Below, piece after piece: positions 1-11,145 of a stretch of DNA of 64,000 bases. Under the pieces are notes generated by a model that saw nothing but the letters and a program-made list of their open reading frames with translations, searched no databases and was not told the origin of the DNA. This stretch comes from Psammoneis japonica. Taxonomy: Eukaryota. The position numbers and the translations under genes were made by a program. Where the stretch lies: assembly GCA_008632985.1 (NCBI GenBank), contig QPGO01000047.1, forward strand, positions 264,608 through 328,607, read 5' to 3'. How positions within the stretch are numbered: position 1 is the stretch's first letter; each line of letters opens with the position of its first letter.

Positions 1-12
1 GTTCGCGGCGAT

Positions 13-1458
13 TTGCAGAAACACGGGATCGATTTTTTCGAGACCTGCGCGCCGGCAGTGCAATGGTCGTCCATGCGCCTTCTCCTCACCACGGTGCTCA
101 AGGAAGGTTGGACTGCACGTCAAGTGGACTGTGCCACAGCCTTCTGCCAAGCTGATGTCAAGGAGAAGGTCTGTGTGGAGCCTCCCAAGGGTTTCCAGCC
201 AAAATCGGGCGCCGATCTGGTGCCAAAATTGTTGAAAGGCCCACACGGCCTGTGCCAGTCTCCCAAGTGCTTCTGTGAAAAGCTGAGGGACGGATTGCTC
301 GAAAGAGAATGGATTCAATCCGCCATTGACCCTTGTCTTTATTTCAAAAAGGGTGTGTCATGTGTGGCACATGTTGATGATGCCGTGTTCGCCGGCGCAT
401 CGGCCCAAGCCTTGGAAGCAGAGATTGCCAAGTTGGGTGTTTCTGACGATGAGCAACGCCATGTCTTTGATCCACGTGATGAAGGCGAAGTCGGCAACTT
501 TCTAGGCATCAAGATTCAAAAGCTCGAAGACGGCCGATTCCTCCTGACCCAACCCGGCCTAATTGAGAAAGTTCTCCGCACCGCACAGATGACTGAGTGC
601 AACGGCGCACCCACTCCTGCCTTGCCTGCTCCTGCTGGCAGCGACACCGACGGGCCACCGTTCGATGAGCCTTATGACCACCGTTCCGTGGTCGGCATGC
701 TGATGCATCTAGCGTCCAACAGCCGCCCAGACATTGCTTGCGCGACCCATCAAGTCGCACGGTTCTCCTGCGCACCCAAGGCCTCCCACGCTGTGGCCAT
801 CAAGCGCATTCTTCATCACCTGAAGGATGCGGCCGANNNNNNNNNNNNNNNNNNNNNNNNNNNNNNNNNNNNNNNNNNNNNNNNNNNNNNNNNNNNNNNN
901 NNNNNNNNNNNNNNNNNNNNNNNNNNNNNNNNNNNNNNNNNNNNNNNNNNNNNNNNNNNNNNNNNNNNNNNNNNNNNNNNNNNNNNNNNNNNNNNNNNNN
1001 NNNNNNNNNNNNNNNNNNNNNNNNNNNNNNNNNNNNNNNNNNNNNNNNNNNNNNNNNNNNNNNNNNNNNNNNNNNNNNNNNNNNNNNNNNNNNNNNNNNN
1101 NNNNNNNNNNNNNNNNNNNNNNNNNNNNNNNNNNNNNNNNNNNNNNATTTCGACACATTCGAAGGCTTTCCGACACGCCAACGACGGAACTGAGGATTCT
1201 CCCATTGACTCCACTAACCTCCCAGCATCCGTTGTGCACGAAGACAATGCTGCCTGCCTCCAATTCGCCCGCACGCCAAAATTGTCCCCACGAACCAAGC
1301 ACATCGGCATTCCCTGCCATTGGTTTCGCACCAAAGTTGAGGCTTTGGAGATCAAAATTGAGCCTGTGAGCTCAGCTGCACAGCTTGCTGACCAGTTTGC
1401 TAAAGGATTGACTGTTGATCTATTCCGCACTGGTCGCAAAGCCCTCATGGGCTGGTGA
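13..1458 (+). mobile_element. Ty1/copia (CoDi-like) LTR retrotransposon pol fragment: RT and RNase H, degenerate, spans an assembly gap
   Basis: Copia RT motifs QVDxxTAF, (LY)GLxQSP, DPCLY, (Y)VDD, FLGIKI, RPDIA and RNase H motifs (Y)EDN, RTKHI, QLADxFxKGL. Most conserved Tyr residues are replaced by Cys or His. Confidence 0.93.
837..1146. other. Assembly gap (N run)
   Basis: Run of n characters. Confidence 1.
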
Positions 1459-1480
1459 CTGACAGTTCTCCTTCTCTTTT

Positions 1481-1730
1481 CAGTTGAGAGGGAGAGTCAC
1501 GAGTCAACAACCAAGTCTGATTCACGGATGACGCTTCCGGTCATGGATCTCTTCTTCCAGAAGAAATGTCCGTTGAGTCTTCTAGCAACAGTGATCGGAG
1601 TGACACACGACCGTCAGGTCATAATGTCATCTCCAATCCCTCGTGAGATCTTCTCACAATTCGCATCTTTGGCGCATCTTGTTGTCCCAAAACTGCTTCT
1701 TATCATCCTCTGTTGCATTGTACAACCTCA
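1481..1730 (+). mobile_element. Polypurine tract and probable 3' LTR of the copia element (right end uncertain)
   Basis: CAGTTGAGAGGGAGAGTCA shortly after the pol stop. The same 19-mer follows the related copia at 40032-40050 on the minus strand. Confidence 0.5.
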
Positions 1731-3436
1731 AGAGAGTCCTGAACTCTCCATCCTGCACAGTGTGTTGTTGCATCCCAAGTTCACCCATTCATTTTGAGTC
1801 GCGAATCGATCACTTCAAAGCAAGTCCCGAATTGGACGAAAGCCTCGAAAATCAATGGGTTCTCCTCCATCGCCAGGCTGGAAGGAAACATTGCGTGGGT
1901 CGCGACCCGCAAATCTCAAGGAGGTTTGTGTCCACTGAGACATGCACCAGCAATCACAAGCAGAAAGGATCGATGTTGCTTGGTTGCACCAGAGAAAGGC
2001 TGAGACAAGTGCCTTCTTGAAGAAGTGTGTTGCTGTCACCAACGACTGGGCGGATGGAAGTGGAAACATCCCATCTGGCCGCAACTGGGATGACATGCAA
2101 GCACAGGTCTTTTGAAAGTGGAAAGGAAGGTGATGGGAGCCTGCTCATCCCAGAAGAGTTCACTGCAAAAGATGATGACAAAAAATGCAGATGGCCAACT
2201 CTTCAATGAGTGGCTTGCTTTCTGCATGTTCAATTGATCGAGCATGTGGAGAAGAGCAACAGCTGGACATTCTGATGGAGTCTTGGGATGACAATGGTCG
2301 GATGCAAAGAGAGAATGCCAGCACCAAGCAAAACAGCAGGCCCACATGCAACAACCACAAATCGGCAATGATGTGGGGCACTTTCCCATGGCAAACAGCT
2401 TGTGCAAAGCAACCCAGCATGCTCAACAAATGAGCAACACATTGCGCATTTTTCACCTTGCCAGTTCAGCAGCAGCACTCTTGATGGCCCCAAGATGTCC
2501 CCACACATGAGCCAATGCTTTCTGGGCTGCTTGCTTTTTGGAGTTGCTGCTCAACAAAAGAAGCCCACCCAACACCAAGAGCTTTTTGGTGCTCTTCTTG
2601 GCCCCATTTTGTCATGTTGCACATCTGCCCCAATCTCCAGCTCAAATTGTTGTGGGGTGCATCATCTTGAGGTTCATCGCTGCACAGCACTCTTGCTCCA
2701 AACATTTCTTTCTTTAGAGCTTCTTGCCCTGTCTGCCCCCCCCCCCCTTTTCCAGCCAGCATGCAGCAATGCAGGGGAAGCTTTGAGAGAGAGGCACACA
2801 TGCGTGTGTGGTTTTTCTGGCTGGAAAAGTGTGCACGCCACGACCCTGTGTGCAGCACGGCCGCAGTGACTGAGCTGTTTTTTGATGTTGTTCCAACATG
2901 AAGAACAACTCCTTGTGTGATCAGAAAGTTGATGCAAAACTTTGACTGCTTGAGAAAGCATCAAACTGGCTCTTGGCTTTGTTTTTCTTGTGTTGCAAGC
3001 AGTGGCTTGTGTCGCTCTTGCTGCACGTGAGCAGCAGGCTGTCCTCAAAGACCACCACCAGGAATGTGACCAACAAAGCAGTCATCCCAACTGTCATGCA
3101 TGTCCACCAAGACATGATATGGGATTTATGGTAGTTTGATGCAAAGTGCTGTTGACTTTGATGATGATGTTGTGCATTGTGTGATTTTTGTTGGGCCAAA
3201 ACCTGCCGAAGGTTAGTCGGACGATTCAAAAGAGCACGTCAGCCCTCCGACGTCAGCGTTTCTGTTGACGTATCATCGCATCATCAATCATCATCGCTCA
3301 CTTTTTCTTCGCCGCCACCCAAAACAAAAAAGGCAAGAACGCGTTGAACCTGCGGTGTTTTTCTTTCTTCATTCAGAGGCTATACGTATTACTCTTATTC
3401 TCACTTCCATATTACAACAACAACAAAACTATAACG

Positions 3437-4828
3437 ATGGGATCGAAAGCGTCGAAACCTACAACGAGTTTGGATATCGTTCCGGAAAAGAGCTTGAAGC
3501 AAGAACAGTCCAGGGAGGACCAGCTACCCAAAGAACAACAACAGGAGGAGCAAAGCAGCGGCTGTCCCATGAAGCGAAGCGACGGTGGCTACAACATTGG
3601 ATTTTCGTTTGGTGGTAAGAAAATTCCTCATGGACCAAAAGGACCGGCTGCTGCTGCTACTACTACTTCCGCTTCATCCAACGATACCAGCAGTAGCAAC
3701 AACGAGAGTGCTTGTCCCGTCAAGGGAGGACAACAACAAGAATACAATGTTTATTCACAACCCATAGATCCCAAGAATCAAATGCCCAATTTGAACCAAT
3801 TGCCGTCTCCCCAACAGACACAAGAACTCGACACAAATCGCGTGTCATCCTCCATTCCAAAAGGCGGTGCGGCCGAGGGCACCACGTGGACCTATCCGTC
3901 ACCACAGCAGTTTTACAATGCGTTGGCACGCAAAAACAAACTCGATAATGTCGAAGAACAAGACATGGAATCCGTCGTGGCGTTGCACAACAATATGAAT
4001 GAAAAGACGTGGAAAAAAGTGTGTGAATGGGAAGGCGTACTGACGGGCAATGATAGTCCCAAGCTACTCAAGTTCATGGGCCGGCCGACCGACTTGTCAC
4101 CCAAGGCGTGGTTCAAGCATTACGTATTGGGACATCCACTTCCTATGATCGACACGATTGGACCATTGTAAGAGCGGACGGCAAAACGACGGTGCGATAC
4201 GTTATTGATTATTATCACGACGAGTCGCGGGGCAGCGACGACGAGACTCGGCCGTCCCCCACAAGGACGATCCCCACGCCACGCCGAGTCTCTTGGTGGA
4301 TGTACGACCCGCACTCGATGGACCGTGGGAAGCTATTGGACGTGGTATTCAAATGCCGTATGCGAGACGGATAGCCAAATCACGTCTATGAAACATTACC
4401 CATGATGCCTACGAGCGAAATGAAATCGCAAGTGATGGAAAGCATTCAAGTGTGGGATAATATTCAAAAGTCAAAAAAGAAAAATACTGCAGTTGAACAA
4501 GAGGAAGGAATGCCCATATTTCGACAAGGAAGCCGTGGCGTTGGCAAAATCGACGGCACGTATTCTCAAGGATTGTCAAGAGGCACAAACCAAGCTTAAT
4601 GCCGCCACGACCGAACAAGACATGGCCAGGGCGTCCATGGATTTGACAATGTGCATGGCCAAAATTGTCTGTCCCGTCCAGCACGGAGCCGTTGTGAAGG
4701 CCATTCAAGAGAATGAGGATGGCAAGATTGGAGCAGCGCTCGAAAACATGACGGCCTGTGTCGGACGAGCCAATCAACGGACAGTCATGGCAAGGAAACA
4801 ACACGAGAAGGTATTTGAGACTGCGTAA
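3437..4828 (+). CDS. HCCS: Holocytochrome c synthase (cytochrome c/c1 heme lyase) with C-terminal extension, broken by about 4 small frameshifts in this sequence
   Basis: CP heme motifs (GCPM, ACPV), WTYPSPQQFYNAL, HNNMNEKTW, FMGRPTDLSPKA, then DRHDW, VRYVIDYY and LLVDVRPALD in successive frames. The first shift is at about 4144. Confidence 0.9.
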
Positions 4829-5203
4829 GAAAGAACATGGGTGTATGGAAAGTAAGAAGGATTCATACTTTATAAGAACATTAATACATTGCCTCTTGCA
4901 ACCACATCTGATTTACAACGCCCATCGAGAAAGAGCAGACATTCAGCAAAAGGCAAATGATTTATAAGAGCGCGTCTTTCCAATTACGTAATGCTTCCAT
5001 TGTGACAAGGGCGTGTGGAACCAACTAAAGCATGTTCTTGCGCAAAATCGTGAACTGCCATCAATAATACTCTCTTGTGGTTACTCGCACGAGGGGGGAA
5101 AGGGCAAAAAAATATCCCGTTCGTCTACGGCCTGATGGATTTGATACCCAAAGAGAGGCGCATTTCTATTTCTGGCAATTGGAAAGCGAAATTGGCTCAA
5201 CTA

Positions 5204-5264
5204 CATGTACTGCATATGGCGCATCCTCTATCCATGTACTGCATATGGCGCATCCTCTATCCAT
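5204..5264. repeat. Tandem duplication, 29-bp unit x2
   Basis: catgtactgcatatggcgcatcctctatc at 5204 and 5233. Confidence 0.9.
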
Positions 5265-5400
5265 ACTACTAGCTAGCTAGCTACTTGTAGCTAGCTACTC
5301 TCTAGAGTAGTAGCTCTCTACTAGCTACTCTAGTAGAGCTACTCTAGTAGCTACTAGCTCTAGAGAGTAGCTCTCTAGAAGTATCTAGGGCCCTACTGTA
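5264..5400. repeat. TA-punctuated low-complexity tract (candidate stack of transposon footprints)
   Basis: TA recurs every 3-8 bp, separated by C, G, GC, CTC, GAG, CTCTC, GAGAG, GGGCCC or CTG. Confidence 0.75.
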
Positions 5401-7625
5401 CGTTTCAATTTTTTTGAAACACGCTTTGAACCTTTATAATAGACGTAGAAAGACTAAAAGTACCACATAGCAATCTTTATTTGCGTGCAAGCTATTCCGC
5501 ACGTAGGTCAATAGACTACGATGGCGGTCGTAGCGCTTGCGATGTCGTTCCAAACTTTGATGCATCATTTCTGTTTTTGTACCACATTTCTCTCTTACTT
5601 TCAGATGGGGTCCATGCTGGGGTATTCGTTACGGTTTGCCCCAAGGCTTGTCGTCTATGCCGTATGTGCTGGACTATTTCGGCGTTCATCACCTGGATTC
5701 GTCGTGTCCACTTGTTGTTCTGTAGGGAGTTGCAAAAGAAGAATGCCAATTCTAAAGTAGCTAGCTAGAAAACTCTCTACTGGAGAGAAATGAAAGATAC
5801 GGAATTTGTGACTTAATTGTCTGACGGTACCAAGCTCCGTTTATCCTCTTTCTGAGGTGAAGAATACTTGGCTAGACATACTTGTTCAATACCTTCTTCA
5901 GCTCAACAACAAGTCTCCAATCGAACTTCTCGAGCTTGTCGCGTTTGGGTCGAGTAGATGCTGTGAGATCGACGAGTCTACCGCGCAGGACTATCGACAG
6001 CTTACCATTACCTTGATTGTCATTTCTCGGCTTAGGGGTGGTGTCAGCAAGCCTCGGAATAAGGTATCAAATGGAAAGTTCCAGGGTACAAACATGGCCT
6101 TGTCGCCCTCTCGTAGGCCCTCCTGTCCTCCCATAGGTCACCATTCACCTCGAGAATCTGTAGTCATGCCTAATCCGTCAGCGGCTTTCACTTCAAATAC
6201 GGTACACTGCAATTGGCGCACCATATGATTTCGTTTATAGCTTGCGTTGAGAAATTTCACAAAATGTAGCATCAGGACATCTTGAACTCCCTGTCTCGTC
6301 ACGGCCGATGTTGGTACGAGCGGGAATAAAAAGAATTTGTCCCATTCTCGCCGCCTCTCCCATTTCCAAGAACAGGTACAAGTTTGAGTTGACACCCTGC
6401 TCTTGCAGTTGAACCTTTGCTTCCGTAGGGCGAATGCTTGAAGTGTGTTGTGTGGCTCCGACCCTAAATGACTCATCGATCTTTTCATCCGATCCTTCAC
6501 CTTGCTCCGGTAGCGTGACGACTGAGATTGTCTTGCGAGTGTCTGGCGTGCATGTGACATTATTGACTTAGCTATGGAGTCCGCCAGAGTCGACACAATA
6601 ACAGACGCCTTGGAATGAAAACAACGCAATTTAGAATCGCCAACAAGAAAGGCAAGTAGAATCATTGAGCGACGAGAATGATTCACTGTAAGCTTCTTGA
6701 GCTTTTTGGCCCTTTCTGAGTACTGCCAAACTTGTACCGGTAGAGACCAACAATTGACTTGCAGGATCGACTTTTACCGATATGCACATCTGGCCATCAA
6801 AAGACGAAACCGCCTAAAATTGCTCTGAAATCGCAACGAGCTTAACGAGTCTACAATTCTGATAGCCGACGTGACGACATGATGGTCACGGCCGCGTCAA
6901 AAAGCATTTCTGACCTTTCTTCTCTTTTTCACACGATACTCTCATCTGCTTGCTCCCACTACCTAACTTGCCATCTGGCATCAAATCGTCAACATCAATT
7001 GTCACTTGTGCCGTCACGGCCTGTGGCACGTCCGATCGTCGACTCGGCTAATGCGCGAATATGTATCCGTGAGGCAGACAACCTCTGAGAGAGAGTCTAG
7101 CTCTAGCTCTAGAGAGGCTTCAGTAAAACTTAGAATGTCTTGTATCAACGCCTTGTAAACGTATACTGTAAGCAAAGAGGTGTCCATATCTGTCGCCTCG
7201 TCTGACCTGCTTGTGGTCGCTCTGCGCTGTCTGACGAACATTCCGTCACGGAATTTCTTATCATTCGCAGTCAGCTGGACTGACAAACAACATTCCCACT
7301 CTAGAGACTACCCGAGTCGAAAGCATGCCACAAGAATAGAAAGGAATGCCATAAGAAGATGATGCATCGGTTATCGAGCGCCGAGCTGAAGAGGCCCGTG
7401 GCTTGAATAGCTACGAATCCATTGCTGCACCACAATCCAAAGAAAGATGACCACAGTTGAAAGCTAGAGATGTTCTTTTCTTGTCGCATCATGTTTTTTT
7501 ACCCTTTTCCATTCTCACGTTACTGGTCGATACCAAGTACCTTTTGGTAAGGAGTGTTGAATGTCGTAGACTAATCGCCACGCATATCTTAGCAATTTCC
7601 AAGGTTTATTCCAATACCTGAAAGC

Positions 7626-8627
7626 TCATGATTTGACCTGTAGCGAGTACGAATACAGCCTATCGCCGCATTTCTCTTCATTACTGCTGTACAGGGCAAA
7701 GGCTGTAACGGTTCTGGTCGGAGTTTGCGGCGATATCTGAAGCCTCAATACGCCCCACAACTCTCCATCCACGGCATAGTCCCAAAGGTCGTCTTGTGAT
7801 CCTGCTGCCAAGAGCTTTCCCGTATCATCTTTGATGTAAGCCATGACGAGCGGTTGACTGCCCTTGCTCTCCAGTGCAAACGCTGCCATTCCTGTTCCAT
7901 CACTTGGACGAATCTCTAGTTTTGGATAAATGTCAGAAGAAGGGAATGGAGTTGGCTGGGTATGATTTGATTCAAGCTCTTGAATCACTTCGGTCCACGC
8001 TTCTTGCAATTCGTTGGGATCTACACCATCCGTGTCGTCTTCATACTGCTGGTCATACACATTTATCGATTCGTAATAGTCGTGATGCTTGTTCAAACAC
8101 TGTGCAAGTGGTGTGGCCAAGTGCAGACACTTTTCAATATGATCTTCTTCCTCCGGCTTGTCCTTACTCATACCGGGGTGATCGTCTGTGCATTTCAGCC
8201 ATTGCGTAAAGAGCTCTCCACATGGACCTTGACTGTACTTTTGACAAATGGGACAGTCTTTATGCTGTGCTGGCGACTCATCAGGATTGGAGATGGTACT
8301 GAAAGATCGATTTTGTTGAATGGACAATCCGAATTGAACTGGTCGCCTTTTCGGTGATTCACATTTGGTGGTGTTCTGCTTGTTGGAAGAATTCAGCTTG
8401 TTAAAAGCCAGCGACCAACTGGTGACTCGAAATGCTGCTAGTCCAAGACCAACACCAGCCACCACCACATGGGTGGATCCAGATAGCGCATGTCTTTCCG
8501 TGTGGTCGGATACCGATGATGTGTTGATCTTGCCTCCCGACAATGATGTGCTTCTTCTTGTTGTACCAAAATGCCGCACGAGCTTCAGATTCACCCTCCT
8601 GCTTCTGGAAACACTGCGGGGAAACAT
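7626..8627 (-). CDS. GCK-domain (CX9C-like) protein, probably mitochondrial
   Basis: 333-aa ORF with Arg/Ser-rich N-terminus and CPICQKYSQGPCGELFTQWLKC...C...L..CL.KH.DYY matching the GCK domain pattern. Confidence 0.7.
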   Translation of the reverse strand: MFPRSVSRSRRVNLKLVRHFGTTRRSTSLSGGKINTSSVSDHTERHALSGSTHVVVAGVGLGLAAFRVTSWSLAFNKLNSSNKQNTTKCESPKRRPVQFGLSIQQNRSFSTISNPDESPAQHKDCPICQKYSQGPCGELFTQWLKCTDDHPGMSKDKPEEEDHIEKCLHLATPLAQCLNKHHDYYESINVYDQQYEDDTDGVDPNELQEAWTEVIQELESNHTQPTPFPSSDIYPKLEIRPSDGTGMAAFALESKGSQPLVMAYIKDDTGKLLAAGSQDDLWDYAVDGELWGVLRLQISPQTPTRTVTAFALYSSNEEKCGDRLYSYSLQVKS

Positions 8628-8809
8628 GACTCCCTCTTCCAGATTGTACTGTAAATATGTTTGGCTCGTAATGATGACACAACGAGAGGAACAGAACCGA
8701 AAGGCGATGCAGCAATCAGCAATTCAGGAACGGGTCGCCGCCATCGTTCTCTCGTTTTGCGTCACCTCACCCAGTGGCGCGGTGTGGATGACAGACGCTG
8801 TAACAGGAT

Positions 8810-10820
8810 GAAACTGCTGCAGCCAACACTTTGCTGTCTGGGTCATGTGCTGAAACATGACCCAGTTGTCATGCATGCATGCATGTAGACAGAAAAGAGT
8901 GGGGGCTTGGATCAGGGGACAGCAAGGCGTGTGTGGAGTCTGGCAGGGTCCTGGAGCAATCGGCTGTGGCTGGTCAGCAAGAGACTTCATGGTTGTGGCA
9001 AGACCGCTGCTGAGACTCTCTTTTGTGGCCCTGCCACTCCTGGAGTGGCGTGGCGGAGTGGTGAGTGATGCCAAATTGGGTGGATGACACAGGGTGCGGA
9101 AAGGATGATTTGGAAGCTTGTCACAGGGCAAGGGGGGGGCTGGGATGGAGCATCTTTGCCAAACAGCAAACAGCAGGCGCAAAGCATCCAGCGGGGCGGC
9201 GGCCCCCCAAAAAAGTCAACGACAAATGGGGGGCAGTGCCTGTGTGATGTGCCTCAGCACAAGGATGGCAGCAGGGGCAGACAAGCAAGGAGCTGGGAGG
9301 GGCAGTGGCTCAGGGAGAGTGGCCCAATGGAGAGGTGTTGAAAAACCCATGGGAGAGTCAGTGGCGGGGGGGGGGCAGCAGGGGTGACTTGGGCGCGCCA
9401 ATGGCGGTGGGGCATTTGAGGGGTGAGTGCAGAATGGGGTTTGCAGGTTCACAGTGCATGGTCAAGGAGCTTGTGCAACACCATGCCAAAGGGCCAAGGG
9501 CAAATTACATGAAGGATGGCAAAAAGGCCATCATGGGAGGTGTCGGGTGGGGTTGTTTTTTGTGTCCGAGGGAGGAAAAGACATGGCCTCCTGTGGATCC
9601 ACTGTGATGTTGCATGAAAGGCAAGAGATGGAGTTCATGTAATTGGGCAACATCAGGGGGCAGAGTTTGCATGGCTGCATGAGCTGGAAGAGGTCTGGTG
9701 GCAGCTGTTTGTGCAGGAGTGAGTGGGTGAGGGAGTGCGCACCAGCGGAGAAACTTGCAAGGGGTGGTGATGGCAGACAAGATGGGAGAGCACCATGGCT
9801 GCATGCACGCACTGCCAGAGCTGCCAGAGCTGCAGGTGGAAGTGTGCGCAACAAAGCACTTGGGACTCCACCAGTGGAAATGGGGTTGCAGGAGAGGAGG
9901 AGGGCACAGGGTGGAAAAAAGCTGTTGCAGCTGGGGGAGGCAGCCAGCAGCCACCAAGGTGCTGTCCCAGCGGCTTGCACAAAAATTGCCATCATGATCA
10001 AATGAATGTTCCAACAACAATGATGACCACTTTCAAATGGAGCTGTGGCTGCCACACTGCAAGGCATGAAAATCACTTGAGTCTCATCAAAGAAGGCACA
10101 AAAAAAGCCAAGCTGCGCAGTCCAGCCCATCTTCATGTGCCAAGTCAGGTGCACTGCCAGCTGTCAAGCATGCAAACATTGTTGTTGGAGGGTGCTTGTT
10201 TTTTTTTTAAACACAAGCAACAAAGAAATCCAGGACATGCCTTGGAGGGTTTGTCTTTTTTTGGGGCGTCAGCAACAAAAAGTTCCAGGGGGTGTCACAT
10301 TTTTTGCTGATCATGATCATGAATGGCGCTTGTCTTTTGGAAGCAACACCAAAGGCAATGCTTCTGTTGTGTGAGAAAAAAGCTCACATGGCTGTGTTCA
10401 CCAGAACTGGCTTTTTTGGGTGGCAAAGTTGCTTCCTCCTGAGAGAGTCATGAAAGTGCAAACCAAGAAGGCGCCTGTGACGACAAGCACCAGAAGACAT
10501 GGCAGCAGCAGGCGCAATGAAATGACCATTGGCTCTGACATGCTTCAATGTCCATCCAACATCCAAGTGTTGGCCTTGTTTGAATCTGTCTCTCGATTTT
10601 GGGTGAATGCAGCAAAAATCCTGCAATCGGAAGAGACTGTGCCAATCACATCCAGAGAGGGTGGTGCTCTGCTGGCTGCACCCCACACACCCACAACAGC
10701 AACAAATGGAGTGTCTGAATCAGTCATGTTGTTTGGGACGTGGTCAGCTTGCTGCTGAAGATTCTTTTTGGGACGCCATTGAGTTGCCTTGCTGGTGATG
10801 TGAGAAGTCGTTGGCATTTT
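8810..10820. other. TpA-depleted hypermutated domain, original content not identifiable
   Basis: Only about four TA dinucleotides seen by eye in about 2 kb. TG/CA rich, with dense spurious Cys/His-rich ORFs. Confidence 0.85.
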
Positions 10821-10821
10821 G

Positions 10822-10973
10822 CGATCTCAGATCGATGACATGACCCCGCGCAAAGATTGTGAGACGATCGCGCGATGTGTCGTGATCACGACTCTCGATC
10901 TCAGATCGATGACATGACCCCGCGTACTGCAACGATTCTGAGACGATCGCGCGATGTGTCGTGGTCACGACTC
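10822..10973. repeat. Tandem duplication of about 75 bp upstream of the SDR gene
   Basis: cgatctcagatcgatgacatgaccccgcg...gagacgatcgcgcgatgtgtcgtg at 10822 and 10896. The second copy has an extra TACTG. Confidence 0.9.
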
Positions 10974-11145
10974 GCAACGGCCCTTTGGACTTCGCGCTGT
11001 GCAGGAAATTCGCGTGACGCTTGATGCTTGATGACAGCGTGAAACCAAAAAATGCATGAAATTATCCTTTTTGTTCTTCTGTCACTGATCACTTCACTTT
11101 TATGCTCATTAATTCCTCATCTACACCAAACAACACACAATAATC

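Noticed and set aside
13..1458. Classical RIP or simple 5mC deamination as the explanation for the skew
   Set aside because: RIP would raise TpA and create stops, and CpG deamination cannot change TAY codons to TGY/CAY.
13..1458. Alternative genetic code or a contaminating genome
   Set aside because: Adjacent genes use Tyr and TAA/TAG normally, and paralogs of depleted sequences in the same window retain TA.
5481..7492. Short ORFs between HCCS and the GCK gene
   Set aside because: No recognisable motifs. Possibly decayed sequence but not assignable.
8724..10817. Numerous overlapping 60-200 aa ORFs, and similar sets at 16.4-18.3k, 22-28.6k, 31-33.5k and 39-43k
   Set aside because: Artefacts of TAA/TAG loss. 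They have no recognisable domains and an abnormal Cys/His-rich, Tyr-free composition.
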